From Pedobacter sp. (lineage in GTDB: Bacteria > Desulfobacterota > Desulfuromonadia > Desulfuromonadales > Syntrophotaleaceae), in NCBI GenBank assembly GCA_050253415.1, contig JBFWJC010000003.1:128001-192000 (forward strand): 64,000 nucleotides of DNA, written 5' to 3'. Below are positions 61,375-64,000 of the stretch, piece by piece (the first letter of the stretch is position 1; each line of letters begins with the position of its first letter). Below the pieces are notes generated by a model that saw nothing but the letters and a program-made list of their open reading frames with translations, was not told the origin of the DNA and ran no database searches. The position numbers and the translations under genes were made by a program.

Positions 61375-62351
61375 GGATCCTCAGTTGTCGCGTTGGCGGC
61401 ATGTTCGAAAAAGTGCCGTATCAGGCTGCGCATCTCGTCAATGGAACCAGCCTGGTTGATGCGGGCTCGAAACTGGGCCGCCCCGGCCAGGCCTTTTGCA
61501 TACCAGCACAAGTGCTTACGCATATCAAGAACGGTCTTACGTTCGCTGTTATAACGAAGAAATATTGCTATGTGGCGCAGCGCTATCTCACGGCGGGCCT
61601 CTACGGTAGGTGCCACGGCCGCTTTTCCTTCTAACAAAGCCAGGATGTTTTGTGCGAGCCATGGATTGCCGTAACAACCGCGGCCGATCATGACGGCGTC
61701 ACAACCGGTTTCCTTTAACATCCGTTGCGCATCTTCGGCTTCAAAGATATCGCCGCTGCCGATAACCGGAATGGTTGCGCGTTGTTTCAATTCACCGATG
61801 TGGTGCCAATTAGCTGTGCCGGAAAAACCCTGGCTGCGGGTGCGCGGATGCAAGGTAATGGCATCCACGCCTTCCTGTTCTGCAATGTGGGCGATTTCCA
61901 GAAAGTTGATGCTGGACTGATCCCATCCGGACCGGATTTTAACGGTCAGGGGCAAGTCGGTTGCGCGTCGCATGGCCGCAAGGATCTGGGCGACCCGTTG
62001 CGGTGTCTGCATAAGGGCACTGCCAGCGCCACTGCGGACAACCTTTTTGACGGGACATCCAATATTCAGGTCGATGAGATCGCCCTGTGTCTCGACCTGT
62101 CTGCATGATTCGGCAAGCGTTACCGGATTTTCGCCAAACAATTGAATGCCAAGAGGGCGATCCCCGGGTTCGGACGCAAGCAGATCCTTGGTGGCATCGC
62201 CACCCAGGATCAATCCGTTGGCGCTGACCATTTCCGTGAACGCCAGACCTATGCCAAAAGGCCGCATAAGCAAACGGCAGGACAAGTCCGTGATGCCGGC
62301 CATGGGCGCAAGCAGAATATTATGTTTTATGTGGAGTGATTTTATTTTCAT
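61371..62351 (-). CDS. dusB: tRNA-dihydrouridine synthase
   Basis: LAPMAGITD, DLNIGCP, GSALM, VKIRSGW, HPRT, IGRG; ATG at 62351 (MKIKSL). Confidence 0.94.
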   Translation of the reverse strand: MKIKSLHIKHNILLAPMAGITDLSCRLLMRPFGIGLAFTEMVSANGLILGGDATKDLLASEPGDRPLGIQLFGENPVTLAESCRQVETQGDLIDLNIGCPVKKVVRSGAGSALMQTPQRVAQILAAMRRATDLPLTVKIRSGWDQSSINFLEIAHIAEQEGVDAITLHPRTRSQGFSGTANWHHIGELKQRATIPVIGSGDIFEAEDAQRMLKETGCDAVMIGRGCYGNPWLAQNILALLEGKAAVAPTVEARREIALRHIAIFLRYNSERKTVLDMRKHLCWYAKGLAGAAQFRARINQAGSIDEMRSLIRHFFEHAANATTEDP

Positions 62352-62352
62352 T

Positions 62353-62369
62353 TGCACAATTTTTATGCA
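62353..62369. promoter_or_regulatory. NtrC-like binding palindrome at the dusB start
   Basis: TGCACAATTTTTATGCA, a 17-bp TGCA-N9-TGCA dyad similar to the NtrC consensus TGCAC-N7-GTGCA. Confidence 0.55.
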
Positions 62370-62608
62370 GTTTAACCATGACTTTTGCAGATTGCAAGCG
62401 AAAATCCCGCAGCGGTGATTTTTACTGTATTTACAAGATATTGAGCATAATATAAATTGGTCTGACAGGTAGCGATATGGGGAAATCTGTTTTAAAATCA
62501 AAAGTGAGTGCGAATACTTTCAAGTTAGTCGGTAACGTGGCCTAAAGCGAATTGTCCAGGATATGACGGGTTTTTCCCGACGGGTTGATGCCGTTCAAGG
62601 AGTTGATG

Positions 62609-63913
62609 ATGTCCCAATTAAAAGAAGCGCTGTTCAGGAAAATTGAGGAGCAACGCCCGCGAATCACTCGCTTACTCAAAGATTACGGGCAGGTTACCCT
62701 TGACCATGTGTCCATTGCCCAGGCCATAGGCGGAGTGCGGGGGGTGAAATGTCTGGTTACCGATATTTCCTATCTCGATCCGGAAGAGGGAGTCAGGTTT
62801 CGCGGTAAGACTATTCGGGAAACCTTTGACGCCTTACCCAAGGTACCCGGTTCGGAATATCCGTATGTTGAAGGGTTTTGGTATTTTTTACTTACCGGTG
62901 AAGTTCCGACTCTTGAGCAGACTCTGGAGGTTGTTGCCGATTTCCAGTCTCGGAGGCAGGTTCCGCAATATGTTTTCGACGCGTTGCGCGCCATGCCGCG
63001 CGATCTTCATCCCATGGCCATGTTGTCGGCGGCTATTGTGGTTATGCAGCGCGAGTCGATTTTTGCCACACGCTACAACGAGGGTATGGGTAAAGGTGAT
63101 TTCTGGGACCCCATGTACGAAGATTCGTGTAATCTTCTCGCCAAGCTGCCCGCCATTGCGGCCTTCATTTATCGTTTGAAATATAAAGGCGATACCCCGA
63201 TTCCTTCCGATCCTACCCTTGATTTCGGGGCGGATTTTGCCCACATGATGGGGATCGCTGCTCCCTACGATGATGTGGCACGCATGTATTTTATCCTTCA
63301 TTCCGATCATGAATCGGGTAACGTGTCGGCGCATACCACGCGTTTGGTAGCATCAGCACTGGCCGATGCTTATTACAGCCTCTCGGCTGGTGTGAATGGG
63401 TTGTCCGGTCCTTTGCATGGTCTGGCCAACCAGGAAGTTTTGCGCTGGATTCAAGGGAAAATGGAAAAACTCGGCGGCACGCTTCCTACCGAAGAGGAGC
63501 TGGAGCGCTACTTGTGGGATACGCTGAACAGCGGGCAGGTTATTCCCGGTTATGGTCACGCTGTTTTGCGGCGCACCGATCCACGCTTTACCGCTCAGAT
63601 GGAGTTTTGTGAAAAAAATCTTCCCGACGATGACCTGTTCAAGCTGGTTAAGATGATCTACAAAGTGGCCCCCAAAGTTCTCCAGGCCCATGGTAAAGCC
63701 CGCAACCCCTGGCCAAATGTCGATGCCCAGTCCGGTGTTATTCAGTGGCACTATGGGATTACCCAATACGATTATTACACCGTACTGTTTGCCGTTGGCA
63801 GGGCGATCGGCGTATTGGCAAATATAACCTGGGACAGGGCGCTGGGCTTTCCGCTGGAACGCCCCAAATCCATAACACTGGACATGATGGAGAATGCCGC
63901 AGGGATAAAGTGA
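62609..63913 (+). CDS. gltA: Citrate synthase, eukaryote-like type
   Basis: HSDHESGNVSAHT, GPLHGLANQEV, PGYGHAVLRRTDPR, NPWPNVDA, PLERPKS; SD AGGAG. Confidence 0.95.
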   Translation: MSQLKEALFRKIEEQRPRITRLLKDYGQVTLDHVSIAQAIGGVRGVKCLVTDISYLDPEEGVRFRGKTIRETFDALPKVPGSEYPYVEGFWYFLLTGEVPTLEQTLEVVADFQSRRQVPQYVFDALRAMPRDLHPMAMLSAAIVVMQRESIFATRYNEGMGKGDFWDPMYEDSCNLLAKLPAIAAFIYRLKYKGDTPIPSDPTLDFGADFAHMMGIAAPYDDVARMYFILHSDHESGNVSAHTTRLVASALADAYYSLSAGVNGLSGPLHGLANQEVLRWIQGKMEKLGGTLPTEEELERYLWDTLNSGQVIPGYGHAVLRRTDPRFTAQMEFCEKNLPDDDLFKLVKMIYKVAPKVLQAHGKARNPWPNVDAQSGVIQWHYGITQYDYYTVLFAVGRAIGVLANITWDRALGFPLERPKSITLDMMENAAGIK

Positions 63914-64000
63914 CGCGTCATTTTAGAACCCGTAGCAGGGTTGTCCGTTTCACATGGGTAAAGTGATGAAAAACGGGTCTCTTCGCATTCAGGAGGAGAT

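Overview
This 64-kb window is mostly core chromosome of a Desulfuromonadales bacterium (Pelobacter/Syntrophotalea-like). The placement is inferred from gene content and order: eukaryote-type citrate synthase, long HflX, dusB-ntrBC and ispE-tRNA-Gln-prs-rplY-pth-hppA-ychF-rpsF-rpsR-DUF2232-rplI-dnaB. It holds about 55 intact CDS, one tRNA-Gln(UUG) and two broken genes: a P1B heavy-metal ATPase that has lost its whole catalytic core, and a hybrid REC-histidine kinase with a single-base frameshift in an A-run. I see no CRISPR array, transposase, integrase, prophage or defence island, and no new system that the sequence alone proves. The best leads are: (i) an MshEN-like c-di-GMP-binding module fused to a non-secretion AAA+ ATPase; (ii) a GTDC1/QTMAN-like glycosyltransferase with a structured leader that partly resembles a truncated GEMM-I riboswitch; (iii) an Lpp/OprI-like lipoprotein ending in Lys, near an L,D-transpeptidase; (iv) a CCCH insertion in DnaB; (v) a two-part 12-bp tandem repeat in RNase E; (vi) an NtrC-like box directly at the dusB start. 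All family assignments come from motif recognition by eye; no searches were run.
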